Shown one piece after another: positions 23,430-36,683 of a stretch of 64,000 nucleotides of DNA (the stretch's first letter is position 1; the number at the start of each line of letters is the position of its first letter). Source of the stretch: Pseudovirgaria hyperparasitica (taxonomy: Eukaryota); the NCBI GenBank assembly GCA_010093815.1, contig ML996568.1; one strand, given 5' to 3'. The notes beneath the pieces are model-generated. The model did not search any database, was not told the origin of the DNA, and was given only the letters and a program-made list of their open reading frames with translations. Made by a program: the position numbers and the translations under genes.

Positions 23430-25082
23430 TCAGTCGTCAAGCTTGAAGCCTCCCGGGCATCTTCTCTGGAAGAGACCTGCATAGTCATATTTCTTTGACG
23501 TCTTTTTCAAGAAAGCCACATTGGCCTCTCCATAACCCGCAATTGGCTTGTCCCAAGGCAACGCGTAATTGAGGTAGACGTACGGGTGATCGACCTCCAT
23601 CTCGACACACTTGGCCTTGGCCTTGGTGTAAAGGTCTTTCAAGCTCGCGTTGATCCTCTCATCGTCTGCTTTGTTGGCCCAAGAAACACCAAGTAATGCG
23701 TTAACAATATCTGGAGCATTGTCAAGCCCAAGTACGTTGCCACCTTGTTTCGCGCCCTTCGAGGTGATAGCTTTTGGTATCGGCTGATATGTTACGGCTC
23801 CAAAAAGGCCTTCAACATCACTAACAGTCTTTTGCCACTCATCACAAAGCTCGAAAAAAGCTTTCATGTATGCAGCACTGTTGATGTAGCTTAAAGTCGA
23901 GAAGTAATATCTTCCTTGCATGGCAACCTCTGTACTAGCAGCAATCTCCTCTGTCAAAGGCGCCAAAGTACTAATCCTTGTGGTATTGAGCAGCTGTGGC
24001 AGGGATGTGAGACCTCTGTATACGGGTGGATTTTCCTCAGGCTTGGTGTAGATGACGTTCGAAGAGTGTACCCAAGGTGATGACGTATTCGAGAATCCGT
24101 AGGTGGTTATCAAAGATGCATACTCATCGTAACCATCGCTCGCGGCAAATCCCTCGAAGAATTCATTGATCTTGTCCATCTGGCTGACATCTGTTATGAC
24201 AGTACCACCCCAAAGCTCGCCTTGCTCGAAAATGCTCACGTCAAAGCGAGTAACAATACCGAAATTGTTGGAACCGCCCTTCAGAGCCTTGAACAAATCC
24301 GCGTTCTTGTCTTTGTTGGCATCGAGGATAACACCAGGTGCAACGACTACTTGGAAGTTTACAACATTGTCGCATGAGAATCCTTTCCGCGGAGAGAAAT
24401 ACGAGATGCCCCCTACTGCCCTCAGCTCTGTTCATGATCGTGGGATTGGATTCTGCTTACCTCCAAGGATCAAACCACCTGCACCTACGGGAGCCACGCG
24501 CCCACCGACCATAGCAAGTCCAACAGCGTCGAGTTTGGGGTAAATGTTTCTCCATCTGTTCCCAGGCCCTATGGACGCAGTCTTTCGATCTGACGCAATG
24601 TCGACCTGATTGAGACTCTGTAGATCGAATGTCACACCTTCGTCGATGTTCGCAGCACCACCCCATGGTGTATGTCTACGTTTGTCAGTAGATCACCAGA
24701 CCACCATACACTTCTGGACTTACCCTCCGCTACGCACAGCGAAGTTGCAGTCCGTGATACCTAGCTTGTCTCCAACACTCAAGATAAGGACACCAACAGC
24801 CACATCATTTGCTGAAGAAGGAGATACAATGCATGTTGGTGTGAGGTCCACTTCTTGCATCGACCAGAAGGATTGCTGAGACGTCGCGTAGAGCGCATTG
24901 TCAGGAAACAGAACCTTTCCAGGAAGAAACTGGTCCATGACGTTGCAGCATGATTTGGACTGCTTCAACAAGGTTTCGGCGAATTCCGCAGAAGGGTTAT
25001 CTCGAGCGACGACTTTCGTGATAGATGCAGCATGGGCTGTCCATCCAACCAAGGAACTCGCGATGATCGAGGAGAAATGCAT
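23430..25082 (-). CDS. Secreted FAD-linked oxidoreductase (BBE/VAO-PCMH type); introns 24676-24723 and 24413-24460
   Basis: Signal-peptide-like MHFSSIIASSLVGWTAHA; PTCIVSPSSANDV...FAVRSGG|HTPW (flavinylation His); VGGRVAPVGAGGLILGG|GIS; FKALKGGSNNFGIVTRF; YLNYA...PGGFKL. Confidence 0.9.
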
Positions 25083-26182
25083 CTTGCAGGAAAAGATAGG
25101 TAGAAGAAGAATACGTTCGCGCGGCTGGCACTATGTTGGAAAAGTCCACATCAAGAATGATAAATTTATAGGTAGGCCCCCGGCGTTACTCTTCCGGCCT
25201 TCACATACTACATGCCTGCCTAAAACGATAGTGGAAAAGCACCACCTTGGCCCGAACACCATGCTATGACACGCCAATTCCCCTATGGTCTGTGTTGTAG
25301 ACAAAACGGTGCATGCCCGTAACTCCAGCCTCATGTGCATGTGCGTCCGCGCCGCTTGTAGGTCATCTATGTGGTGAAGTCTAAAGATGCTAATTTCGGT
25401 CGGCAACAACCAACATGATTCTTCACCAATGCACATTGGACTGTTCAACATCGTGTACACTGTAGGTTGGACCAGATAGTTTCATCCATACAGAGAACAC
25501 GAGTCGACGCGTGACTCGTTCTGCGTGTGCAAGCCGTGATTTGAAAGTTGTGAACCGTAACCGTGTCGTGCAAAATCCTAAAACTTTGGAATAGCTCTCA
25601 AGCTCTGGTCACGATAGCAATGTTGAAGCTCGCATACATTGCCTCTTCGCGACACGGCGGCACAAAAGTTTAACGGGTATCTTAGGGTGTAGTAGGAGCG
25701 ACCGTTTATCGGCATCCGAAAGATCCGGTATTGAACACTTACTCGTCCGTAAGACTAATGATGTGACTGATTGTGCTCGAGCATTCACTATCCCGCGCGT
25801 ATTCCTTATGGTAGTTATTTATGCACGTGTGTATTCTCTGCATGCTGCGGCACGCGGAAGCAACCTTTACCGACATGGATGTACTTGCGTGCCTAAACTG
25901 TGCCACTGGATCCATGTGGTAATTACATGGCTGACGAAGGCCTGCGAAACGATGTCTCACAAATGAAGAGCTAGTGTGCAAGGCGCACGTACCGTATGGA
26001 TATACTGATGCCTCAGGCCACAAACAAGCAAAGCTACAGGCATGACGTCAATTCACCATCATATCGGGATTACACTGGGCTAAGGCCAAGCTTCAATTCG
26101 ATAGGCATCTCCACTTCAATTTCTTTTGCAGTGTATTACCTTTGATACACGCAAATCCAACCATAATTCATATCACACCACG

Positions 26183-26682
26183 ATGTCCTTCATCGCACGC
26201 ACCCTACGCATTCCAATGCGCCTCTCCGTCCAGCGTCCAACACGAGCACAACTCACCCTAGTCCGTCCATTCCAGTCCTCCACCGCCGTACTCGCGAGCA
26301 AGAAAGACGACCTGATGGACAAAGACAGTATGCAGACTGACTCCTCCGAATATTCAAAAACAGGATCCGATAGTGGAGCAGCCGACGAGAGCGCGGCTTT
26401 CGATCCGAGTACAACCAGACCTGAGACGGAGGAGGCACAGGCCGAAAAGGAACATGGCAAGGTAGTGGCACTCTTAATGGGTGATCAAGGAGATTCTCAT
26501 GTTCTACGAGGTACTGATTTCCACAGGATTCATCGTTGAACGTCAGTCCGGCCAATCATGAAGCGAGTCAACCGGGAGACCCAAGTGATAATGGCGCAGA
26601 AGGCTCAAAGAGGGAGAGCAGTGGGCAAGAAAGTTCGAGGGGGAAGACGAGTGGAGGTCGGAATAGGGCCAAGAATGACTAG
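26183..26682 (+). CDS. Small conserved-looking fungal protein with a mitochondrial-type presequence; exons 26183-26461, 26527-26682
   Basis: Arg-rich, acid-free N-terminus (MSFIARTLRIPMRLSVQRPTR), then DKDSMQTDSSEYSKTGSD...AAFDPSTTRPETE...|DSSLNVSPANHEAS. GT 26462..ACTGAT..CAG 26526. Confidence 0.75.
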
Positions 26683-28607
26683 GAGCAGGAGACTCAAAAT
26701 GAGGGCTGATATCAAGCAGTGGGAGTTATGATATTGGTATAGGACCGAGCGATAAGGAGGTTTAGCGTTCGGAGTTCTCCATGGGAGGTGTACTATCATA
26801 CATATCAAGCATACTAACCCACGGTACCATAGCAAAGTGCGTAATCAAGGGTGATTAACTATACTGCGTGTCAAACCTTGGCTGACAGACGAGGAGTGAG
26901 ACATCAGCGACATTGGTAGCCTCATCCTCCATGAAAGCTCTAATTCAAGGGCTCTTTAATCGATTAGCCTTACTCCGAGTACAATACCAATAACTGTTAT
27001 ATATACACTGCTCGGCGAGCAATAAGGAGCCTTGTGCTTCTTCCGCATCTGTGCTCGATACAGACACTACAGGGTCAGTCACTATAGGCGTCAAAATTGA
27101 CAAGCTAGCATAGATACAGTGTGAAAATTTTAATTCTATAAACTCGTGATATAACAGCATATAACATCTCTTTGATCTTGGGTTTACTGTGTTTGTCCGG
27201 TGTAGTAGCCGGAGCTTTGAAAGAGGCTAGTTTGCAAACAAGGACGGCTAACAGCGGAGTTATCACGGAACGGCCCGCTCCTCCCACTTCGGACCAAGCT
27301 CCGGCTGTTTAATGTCGTTCTCAGTTCGCACTTTCCCCGAGCTCGACAGTTATCTACCATCACATTACTCACTCCTCAGGCTCGAAAACATCACCCCAAA
27401 GATATGCTTCGTCTAAATTACACGACAGTTAAATGCCCTAAGCGCATCTTTCGCTCCCATCATCAAGACGACAACGATTCGAATTCTAGCGCAGCGATCC
27501 CGCTAGCTAGCTCAGGACAAGGTTCCGTCCGATGCGGCCCTATCGTCACCAAACTCCCGTATTGCCGTGAACCATGCCAGTTTTTGATCGTCATCGTGTT
27601 TTCCGTAATCGATCGCTCACCTTGGGTGTTTCTATTATGGATAGTCATAGTAGCGTACCTTACGACGCAAAGAATAAACACAACGCTATCTAGATTTATC
27701 TCAACCCACGTGAATTAAGAACCCTCGAGGGGTCTAACCAGCTAGCACTGCCAGAAATAGAGTTCGACAATTACATATGCATATGGCTACCGTTTGATGG
27801 CAAAGCCCACATGCAACGCCAACCCCTCAAGCGGTGTCAGATCCTAGGCACAGTCAGCATGCTTCGTGTGGCAATCTAGACGGATCACATGGGACATTTA
27901 ATCCGCAAATCCTAGAATCATCTTAATTCTGTATTGAGAGTGGACGTGCAACTCAACATCCTATGCCTCGAACAGTGATACATTCCATTCTTAGTCTTAG
28001 GAGGTCACGATGATAGAAAGAGCTAGAGGAATCTAATTTAACGGACGGCTAGTTCGGAATCGCTTTCATGGTTCATCTGATAGAAACATCAGCATCGTGT
28101 TCACCGCGCGCTTCATGCAAACATTCGATATAACAGGTATTCCTATCATTGAATACTGTCGTCTCAAGCTGTATGACTCCAAGTTTCACACTCATAATAA
28201 GGCATTGCTGGGTTCATTCGAGGGCCCTGAGACTACTCAAGCTCTATTTACTTCTGGTGCGAGATAATAAATAGCTAATCTTTCGAAGCGTACAGACTTT
28301 GCTCAATTGGCGGGTAATGAACTGGTGCCTGTTATGAATATAAGATTGCTATGTTGGGAATATGGATAGTCAGAATTGCAAAAAGGTAAGGCAAGAAGTC
28401 TAGTGTCATCTCTGGAAGATACATACGTGTTTTTATAGTATGGTAGCTATATTTGCGAGCTTTAAAAAGGAGAAACGATAACTTCTACCCATCATGTTGG
28501 ATGCCTCAGTGTCACCTCTCTTTAGAGGCACACGCTATATTGACCTTATGTATTTCTCTTCGGGCTGTATCACGATATTCAATCTGTTTACGCTATCTTA
28601 AACTCGT

Positions 28608-31600
28608 TCAGATGTGCAACTGCCTCAATTCTGCTTCCAAATCGTCTGCACGACGAACTCCTGCCACAGCCTGATGATTCTGGCCGCCGATTCTTGCGCC
28701 GCAAGTTGGACAACGTGCTTCCTCCATGGGCATACCACATTCGCCGATACTGAAAGGATGTCCGTTGACACACGAGTACCAATGTCCAGTGCCTCGGAGC
28801 TCGCCAGCCATGGCTTTGAGGACTTCTCGTCGCTCCTTAGCGGATAGTGGAGCATTGAAGAAGCCGCTCGCCAGAGCTTTTTCACAAGCATCAATCTCGG
28901 ACGGCAGGAAGTGGGTCACACTGTTTGGAATGGCTTTGCAGAGGTCGCGAGCTTTAGCAATGTGTCGTTTTCCTTTTTCATCGAAAATTTTGTATTTATC
29001 TTCGTTCTTACATCGAGACCGTTCAAGGGCGATAAGATTCGTGATGAATATATGTCCTTCCGTCTGGCGGACAGGGTCCTTGGCAGTAGCAGCGTCATTG
29101 ATCAAGCGCCGACATTCTGCACGATTTTGAGACAGGTCGATCGCAATCTGCGTGCTCGCTTTACTACCCAGTGCTTTCGTAATCATAGTGAGATAATCCG
29201 ACATGATCGCGATCTCGCACCGGAACTGTAAAGCGACACCTTGAAGTCGATATGTACTAGTAACGACGCTGTTATCCAGGTGAAAGGCCTCTTCAGAATT
29301 GCTACCGTTCAGGCGTCTTCTAGCTTCGACGACCTCGCACATACGCGCGAATGGCATCTCGTTCTCTTTTGATTGCTTCACGTACTTCAAAATGTTCTTA
29401 TGACAACTAAACAAGGCGTCATATCTGGTACAATCTTTTGCTCCAGCTTTGATGGTAGAGATCTGTGACGACATACTATCTTTGAGCTTACAGTGCTCTG
29501 TAACGTGCTGCAGCTGTAGCTGCGACTTAGCCGCTGGAAGCTTCTCTAGCTCGTCATTCAGTTTCTCTGCAACGGAAACATACGTCTGTCGGGCCAAAGT
29601 GCTGAATCTTTTTGATGCTTCGTCAAGATGAGCTCTGCGTACAATGCGACCGTACCGGCACAGCGCACGGAGAGAGCCTCGGCACTTTGGACAAGTCTTC
29701 AATTCCGCGCTCGAGAATGGAGCAGCCGATGCCTTGATAGCCGTGAAAGACCCATCGACGCTGGTATCATAATGTCGACCCATGTCCATGTAACCATCCA
29801 TGCTTGTCAAAGTAATGATGTGACCGCAGGCCGGAAAGACGCACGGCTCCTCGTCGAGATTGATATCCCTATATGTTAGCCCTTCAATATAGTCGACAGT
29901 CATGTCTTGTACAGCTTGCGGTGCGCATATCTGACACATTGTAGCTTTAGGACAGGCTTCCCCACAGACAGATGGGCCTGTACATGTGTTAGCTCGTGTA
30001 TTCCGAATATCAATAGAAAGCCCCAAGACTTACACTGATGACCGCATTGCAGCTTACTCTCACATCGCTTGGAGCAGGGTAACCAGTTACATGGAGCGGC
30101 GCATGGTGCTGTGCAGCTGCTATGAGGACATCGAGAGGCGCAAACTTCTTCTGCGCAAGGAATGCAAGGCTCACAGCATCGTCGCTGGCATTGTGAGTGA
30201 CTACATTGGACCTGACATGGTAGAGGGCAAGGAGAGCAGTCTTTTCCAGGATGACATGTCTCTTCGCAATTATGCTCACATGTAGCAAATGCGCGACCAC
30301 AGGGCTGTTTGCAAAGCCCGTGATTGATGGCGACGGGCTTATCCTCCTTTTTGATCCGGCAGGCACTACATTTTCTCCGGCAATTATGACCGCACTCCAG
30401 ACTTTTGTTGCATGCATGATCGCATTTGAAGGTTAAAGTGGTCACGTCTTCATGGCAAGGTACCTCAAGAACATGGTCACAGCCTGGAACTGTTTTCCGA
30501 ACCTTTGTCTTGCACAACACTCTCTTCGGATCCTGGACCTCCCAGCACAAGAGCTCGGTCTTATGGTGACCACAAGGTAGTTCAATATCAAGCCCTATCA
30601 ATTTGGTCAAGCATTTTTTATCACATTGTTGGTAGCACGGCTTTCGGCACGGATGAGTGCAACCTGCTTTGATCCTCAGACATGGCTCGAGGCACCTGAC
30701 AACTTCATGCATGAGCTCACTGTGACACTTTGAAGGACAAGCATGGCCGCACGCAAGTCTTTGGATGCAGCGCAGCGTGCAACCACCTTCGGGTGATAAT
30801 TTCAAGAAGTCATCAGGTGTCTTGACTGCCATGAGGTCTTCAGGGTGTCTTGGGCACCTGAGTTCTAACTGTGGCCCGATCTGATTTTCGGACTCGAGCA
30901 TGCCAACGACATCTCGCCACATCGCAATGGAACCACTGGTGTCGGAATCCCCAATGATATACATGCCATGCTGAGCGCGAGAGAGAAGGACATTGATCCG
31001 ATTAGAGGTCTTCAAGAAGCCACACTTTCTTTCCGGGTTGCTTCGGACTAGGGATACTACAACCACTTTGGCTTCCTCTCCCTGGAAATTGTCCACTGTT
31101 GCCACGCGCAAGGCACATAGCAAGGTCGTCTTTGCAATCTGAGTGGAAGAATCTGCTTCCTCCGTCGAAAGACCTGCCTTTTCAATCTCATCCTGATCGC
31201 GATCGCCCAGCGCGACTACAAATGCTTGAGACTGTGATAGTCGGCTCCGTAGAAGCATTAGTTGTCCAAGGTAAGGCGTCAGAACCGCGATTTCATCTGC
31301 CTGGTATGCTCCTTGTTTTACCAAATGAGTTACCAAACCTGCCACCATCTCGACTTCAAATGCATTTGTCTTTGACGTCGCATTCATATCCTCACTTGTA
31401 ACAGCATCCTCAGGAACTCGATGGTCGAACCAGTACAGCCTGTTTCTCATGCCAGCGACAGGTTCGTAAGCTTTCACAGAATCGTCATCTTTCAAGGCTG
31501 GATACAGCGTGTTCCTAATTAATCTGGAAATAGATGGATCCATTCGGCGCTGCGTTTCGATCGTACTGAAAGGCAAGCGAGTAGCTGGTATACCATCAGG

Positions 31601-34600
31601 TGGTGCGACAAGTCGTTCGAATAGAGACATGTCAAGCGAGTACTGCTTTCCACGAGGACTCTCCTGTGATAGCTCGTAGTTTTGAACTTGTGGACGCAAT
31701 TGAAAATGATCGCCAATAAGTAGAATGTGTTCCACAGATGGCAGCATTGCAGTCAGGACATGAGCCTCGAGTACCTCTGCGGCTTCCTCGACGCATAGAA
31801 CCTTCGCTCGAAGACGGCGAAAAAGATCTAAATTGCGAGCCATACCTGATGTCGTGACGCCAATAATTTTTGCGTCTTGGAGACAACGAAGATCTAGCTG
31901 CTCTCGAATCTTTCTATGGCTCGCTTTGGCCTTTTGGTGTGCAGCGATGGAGGTGGCGATTTCCTGGCGTAAGAACGCTGCTGAACGCTCAGTCCAGTGT
32001 TTGTGCAACTTCTTTCGTTCCTGCTTCGACATACTCCATACATCGGCTTTTTCCAGGTCGTTCAGAGAACGTGCCTGGTTACCATTTCCGCCATAGTCTT
32101 TAGCTCCCAGCCAGAACACCATCGGCCCTTTCGACTGAACACCTTGCGTCTCCCAGCCCTCTTCATCCTTGTGTGTGAACAACTGAGAGTGATGCGGACG
32201 GTTGTGGTGCCACAGATAATCTCTAATACTGGATGTTCCACCAAGCTTTGAGAGTCGACTCAGACATTGATTGACTTTTTCCTGATGGGTTTCAAGGCTT
32301 TCATAAAGGCTAAAACGCCGCTTGCTCTCCTCCTTTGTAGGCTCGACACATTTTGAGACGACCCGAAGGTTGACCTCGGCAAGACGTGTCGATTTGGATC
32401 TTGATCCAATCCGTATTATATTTTTAATTTCATGGTCAAGAAGATGTTCAAGCAACTGATCGAGAGCATGATTTGTGTAGCAAACACATATTATAGGGCC
32501 TAGATTAGCCTGATGCTGATTCGCAAGAAGCACACGGAGTGCTGCAACTCCAAGGAAGGATTTTCCACAGCCTGGAGGTCCCTGTGTAATGCCGATACTT
32601 CGAGTAAGCAAGTTTAAAAGAGCGGTGGCTTGGGCTTTATCCAACTGAGTATGAGAGTACACATCCTTCACACTTAAGGGCTGGTCTAGAGATAATACAA
32701 GCGGCTCAGTGGAGTCCTTGGTAAGACAACTGAGATCAAACTTGAAATGAGGCTCAGCAGCGTATGCCGGCGGCGGAACGTTATAAGTACCCCGTGTCGG
32801 AATTGAATTTGGCACCAGCATGTTGGCAAATGGAATTTCACCTCTCTGGCTTAGTACCTGCAGTGCTTTGAGGGTTGGCAGGAATGACGCAAGTAGAATG
32901 CCGGGGAACTCAACGAGCTCTATTGCCTGAGGCGCGGCCTTGCTGAGACTGTCAAGCGCGCTTCGAAAGCTCTCGCCATCCTCTGCAACGAGAGTAAGGT
33001 TGACGACAGCCTTTTTCTTGTCCTTTCTGTCCTGCGATACCGCCGGGAGCTGCGAAGTGAACTTCTTACCATTCGATTCTGTTGTCTTTCGGGGACCATA
33101 AACGGAACAAAAAGTGGCCACCCCTTCCCCATCCAGAAGGCAAACCAGGGCATCTGCGTTTAATCGCTTACTGGATGCCCACCATTTGTCCCGCTCTTTC
33201 AATGGCATTTTAATGATGTTGGGTGCCTGCTCAAAAGAAATTTCAAGTACAGGACCGGCAAACATGTCGCAATTGATGCTCTGAACGCAGATGTTACGCC
33301 ATCTGTGAAGACGTAGGCCATTCCGACTTGACGCTGACTTGTTTTTGGTGTTTCGTGCTTTCGCGAGATGTTGTATGGCATCGCTTAGTTGCCCGACGGT
33401 ATCTTTGCGCAACAGTCGGAAATGTCTGTCAAGCAAACCCTTTACACCAGGCACATGCCATGTGGAGCTATCGAGTAGAGGGAGGTAGTCCTGACGCTCA
33501 GACATGATCTCTTGGGTAGTAGGCATGATTTCTATCTTCGAGATGTCGACGAAATCGTTGTCATGTCTTGGTCCCAACTCTGACAATTCTCCTGGCATGT
33601 CGCGTGTGAGTTCGAAAGTTGCTCGCTGATTCGGGATGCTCACTGAAACCTGCAGGTCGGGAATTTCCGACGCGATTTCAAACCGTTGCAACAGTCGTTC
33701 CCGGAAGATTTGGATATGCGGCGACAAGACCGCACCCTCGCGTTGGAGATTCAAGTCAATGTAATCCGAAAGCTTTTTCACCAACATTTTGATATTGTCG
33801 TCGATAGCCAAGGTCTGGTTGAAGTCTGCAGCCTTACTGAGAACCTCCACGCAAATTCGTAGAATTTTGCGGGTATCTCCGACTGAAGTAGTTTCCCGTT
33901 CGTTCGACTTGGAGACAATGATATCAATTACGAGCCTGAAAATTGCTTGTAATCTTCGCCCATTGGGACCGTATACTGCCGTATATATGCGTTGGGTATC
34001 AGGCTCTAACATGACGAAGGCATCGACATTTGGGTGAGTGATAGTTTCGAAGAAAGGAGTGAGGACGTAGGTAAAATAATCTGCTGCTTTAGTTTTAGAC
34101 GTGAGTGTTGGGACATTTTCTCCCAAGTCTTTAATCCATAAAAGGCCCCCATCGCTGGCGAGTCCAGCGATGACTTTCTGTAGTACATCCGGGTCATCAG
34201 CGTACGACAGGTCTCTTGCCTCTTGATAGAACTGTTTGAGCTCGTCGAATCGAAGGTAGGATGGAGTCCCTGAGCTGGAACGACATTGGTACGTCCAGGA
34301 GGCCAATTTCTTCTCTATTGGTGAGGATGACTCCTTCTTCGTCGGAGCCTTCTTACTTCGCGATTCTAGGGGTGCGCGGTGTCCGACAGCACCATGTGAA
34401 TACCGACAGTTATTTCTGCTGCATGTGCCACTCTTCTTAAATTCGTAGCATTCTTTGATATTCGTACCAGCCTTGCTGTTGGGCACCGAACTGGCAGAAT
34501 TAGAACTGGCAGCTCCGTGCCTGTAAGGGCATCTCTTTTTACTACATGTTCCACGTCTCTTGAATTCGTGACACTCCCCACTCGATACGTTCGGTTCGTA

Positions 34601-34612
34601 ACCTCGTTGCAT
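28608..34612 (-). CDS. ZNFX1-type (NFX1 zinc finger, Upf1-like SF1) RNA helicase with two N-terminal CCCH fingers and a C-terminal RZ finger; intron 29978-30033
   Basis: CHEFKRRGTC..RCPYRH and CYEFKKSGTC..NCRYSH; GPRHDNDFVDI..I.IMPT; Walker A QGPPGCGKS; CYTNHALDQ; VEEAAEVLE; LIGDHFQLRP; TVDNFQGEE; NRINVLLSRA; Cys/His NFX1 repeats; GHWYSCVNGHPFSIGECGMPMEEARCPTCGARIGG. Confidence 0.93.
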
Positions 34613-35071
34613 TGCTGGAGGTACGTGATATGGTTGCGTCTGGGGCCAATCGGAATACTTGTAATATATGCCCTAGAGCTATGGTTCCTTTCCACGGATG
34701 ATGTGTGAAGTAAGACTCTTGCTATATCGAAATTGTTATAGAATGTCAGGTACAGGCCGACGCCCAAGAGGTAAACGAGATAATTGAAGATGGGAACGAG
34801 AATTCCAGCTAAGCGAGAACGAAGACAAAGTAGCAAGGCACTTGGTACGTAACACAAGCAGCGGGGCGTTTTGAAGGCTGCTATAAAGCATAAACAGCGA
34901 GTGAGCTATTGGTCACATTCAATACAACGAAGCTTGCCCACATCCAATAGTAGGTGTGTTCACGGCGATTTAGCGCTGTTCAATCTGCGTTACCACCTGG
35001 AGATGAGCATGCGCCATGACCTGTCATACAAGATATATGGATGGGAATGTTGCCGTTGCTTTCCCATTTGC

Positions 35072-36274
35072 CTACCGCGAGCGACCCCCGCCGATATCTT
35101 GTCCAAGCTGTTGATACCGCTGCATTAGCCACCCAGCTTATTTTACTCCACAAGAAGGACTCACCCTATATGCACTGATTTTCTCCCAATTGATCTTCTG
35201 CCTTGTGACAGGCAGCTGTCTTCGCAAGCCCTTGAAAGCCCCCTCACTCAGTTGCACAAACGCTCTGTTCAAATCCTCTTGGTAATGCTTCTCGGCGCCT
35301 GCAATTTGTCGAATGATCTCTGACGCATTGCTTGACGAGACAGATAGCGAGAATGGCTTAGAAGTCAGTAAGCGCACATTACCGTCTTCGTAGTAGTGTA
35401 CATCGACGTGCACTTTGCCGGTAAGTGTAGATGTCGATGGGTTAAACTGATAGACGGAACGCCAGCGGCCATTCCTTTATCATATCAGCTTTATAGATCG
35501 AAGTTATGGCGGGCTTGTGGGTGATACCAGAAGTTGTTCGGGCTGTATTTGTTTGCTACTAGGGCAATAGCTACGGCGGAATCGTTTTCAATTGGGTATA
35601 CGCCATAGGATGAAGCTGGATAGTGCTCCTGTGCATGCGTAGATAACGACTTCAGCAGCGATTTCCTGTAACATCGTCAGCGTTCTCCTTGCGGGTACAT
35701 TAGATATGCCTACGCTAAGTCTGCCTGAGCACCTTCAAGCATGTATGATTGAGCCCCAGAAGCTATCTGCGCAAAGTCAGCCAACCTAATAAGTCATATA
35801 ATATCTTCAGTCACGCACTTGTGTCGCATGATCAAATTGGAAGCTCGTCTGACTCTCCACATCGAAATATCTACCATTCCCTAGCTCATTGAACTCGCTA
35901 ACAAGGACCTGTTATCGCGTGAGCCACGCATGTTCCAAACTCCATTCTCTTAGATAGACCTCTCTACTAGACCCCGGAAGTTTCACAGTCGCGAACTGCT
36001 CCTCGTTATATTTCTTGTATGCTGGTTCGAGTTGCCGGACGACGCCTTCGTCTCCAACAATGGTCGAAAGGGCTACGCGGCTGTCAGCTCCACCTTTCTA
36101 GCGATTGAGAGAGACTCCAGGCATGGAGTCATACCGTTAATGACGTTCGCGAGCTATACAGAGGTCAGTTATCGTATACACGATTGTCTAGGAGAACAGG
36201 ATCGCGGCGCGACCTACCTCGCCAGGAGGCGCTGATGCCACGAAGGACGATAGAACATCCGTGTTTGACACCAT
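35072..36274 (-). CDS. cap1: F-actin capping protein subunit alpha (multi-exon)
   Basis: MVSNTDVLSSFVASAPPGE; ANKYSPNNFW/NGRWRS; HVDVHYYEDGNVRL; LSEGAFKGLRRQLPVTRQKINWEKISAYR|LGQDIGGGRSR*. Confidence 0.92.
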
Positions 36275-36683
36275 ATTAAATGCTGCACAGGTCAAAAGAG
36301 AGAAGGAAAAGTATGATTCCGATGTACCTAAATTGTCCTCGCCTTCAATTGCGACACAACCAACGGCTCCAATGGAGCGGCGGGGGGTGTGGGTCCTTCA
36401 ACCTCTTGGCGCTACCATCGTTCGAAGATCATCATCCCTGCCTGTCTACTGTAAGCTATCTATTAACGGCGGCTTCTGGCATCGCCCGCACTGCGACAGA
36501 TATCGATTTGCTCTCTGTATTTACGCGATTGTGATATCTCATATTCCCCAAATCTGCTTATATCAGGGAATGAAGTCATTCATGAATAGTACATAAGTTC
36601 GTTACTAATGTAGTCCTAACTCCTGAAACACCACGCTCAAAGAATAAGCCAAATTGAGCAATATGATAACTCAGGGATCCATC

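Noticed and set aside
22444..25082. Secondary-metabolite cluster around the FAD oxidoreductase, NAD-binding protein and MFS
   Set aside because: No PKS, NRPS or terpene backbone gene in the window; the Fmp52-like gene is housekeeping and the MFS is truncated.
27240..27345. TPP riboswitch or RNase P/MRP RNA on the minus strand (CTGAGA, GGGAAAGTGC)
   Set aside because: The other required conserved elements (TPP TGAT/TAAT/AGCG core; RNase P CR-V) are not present at suitable spacing.
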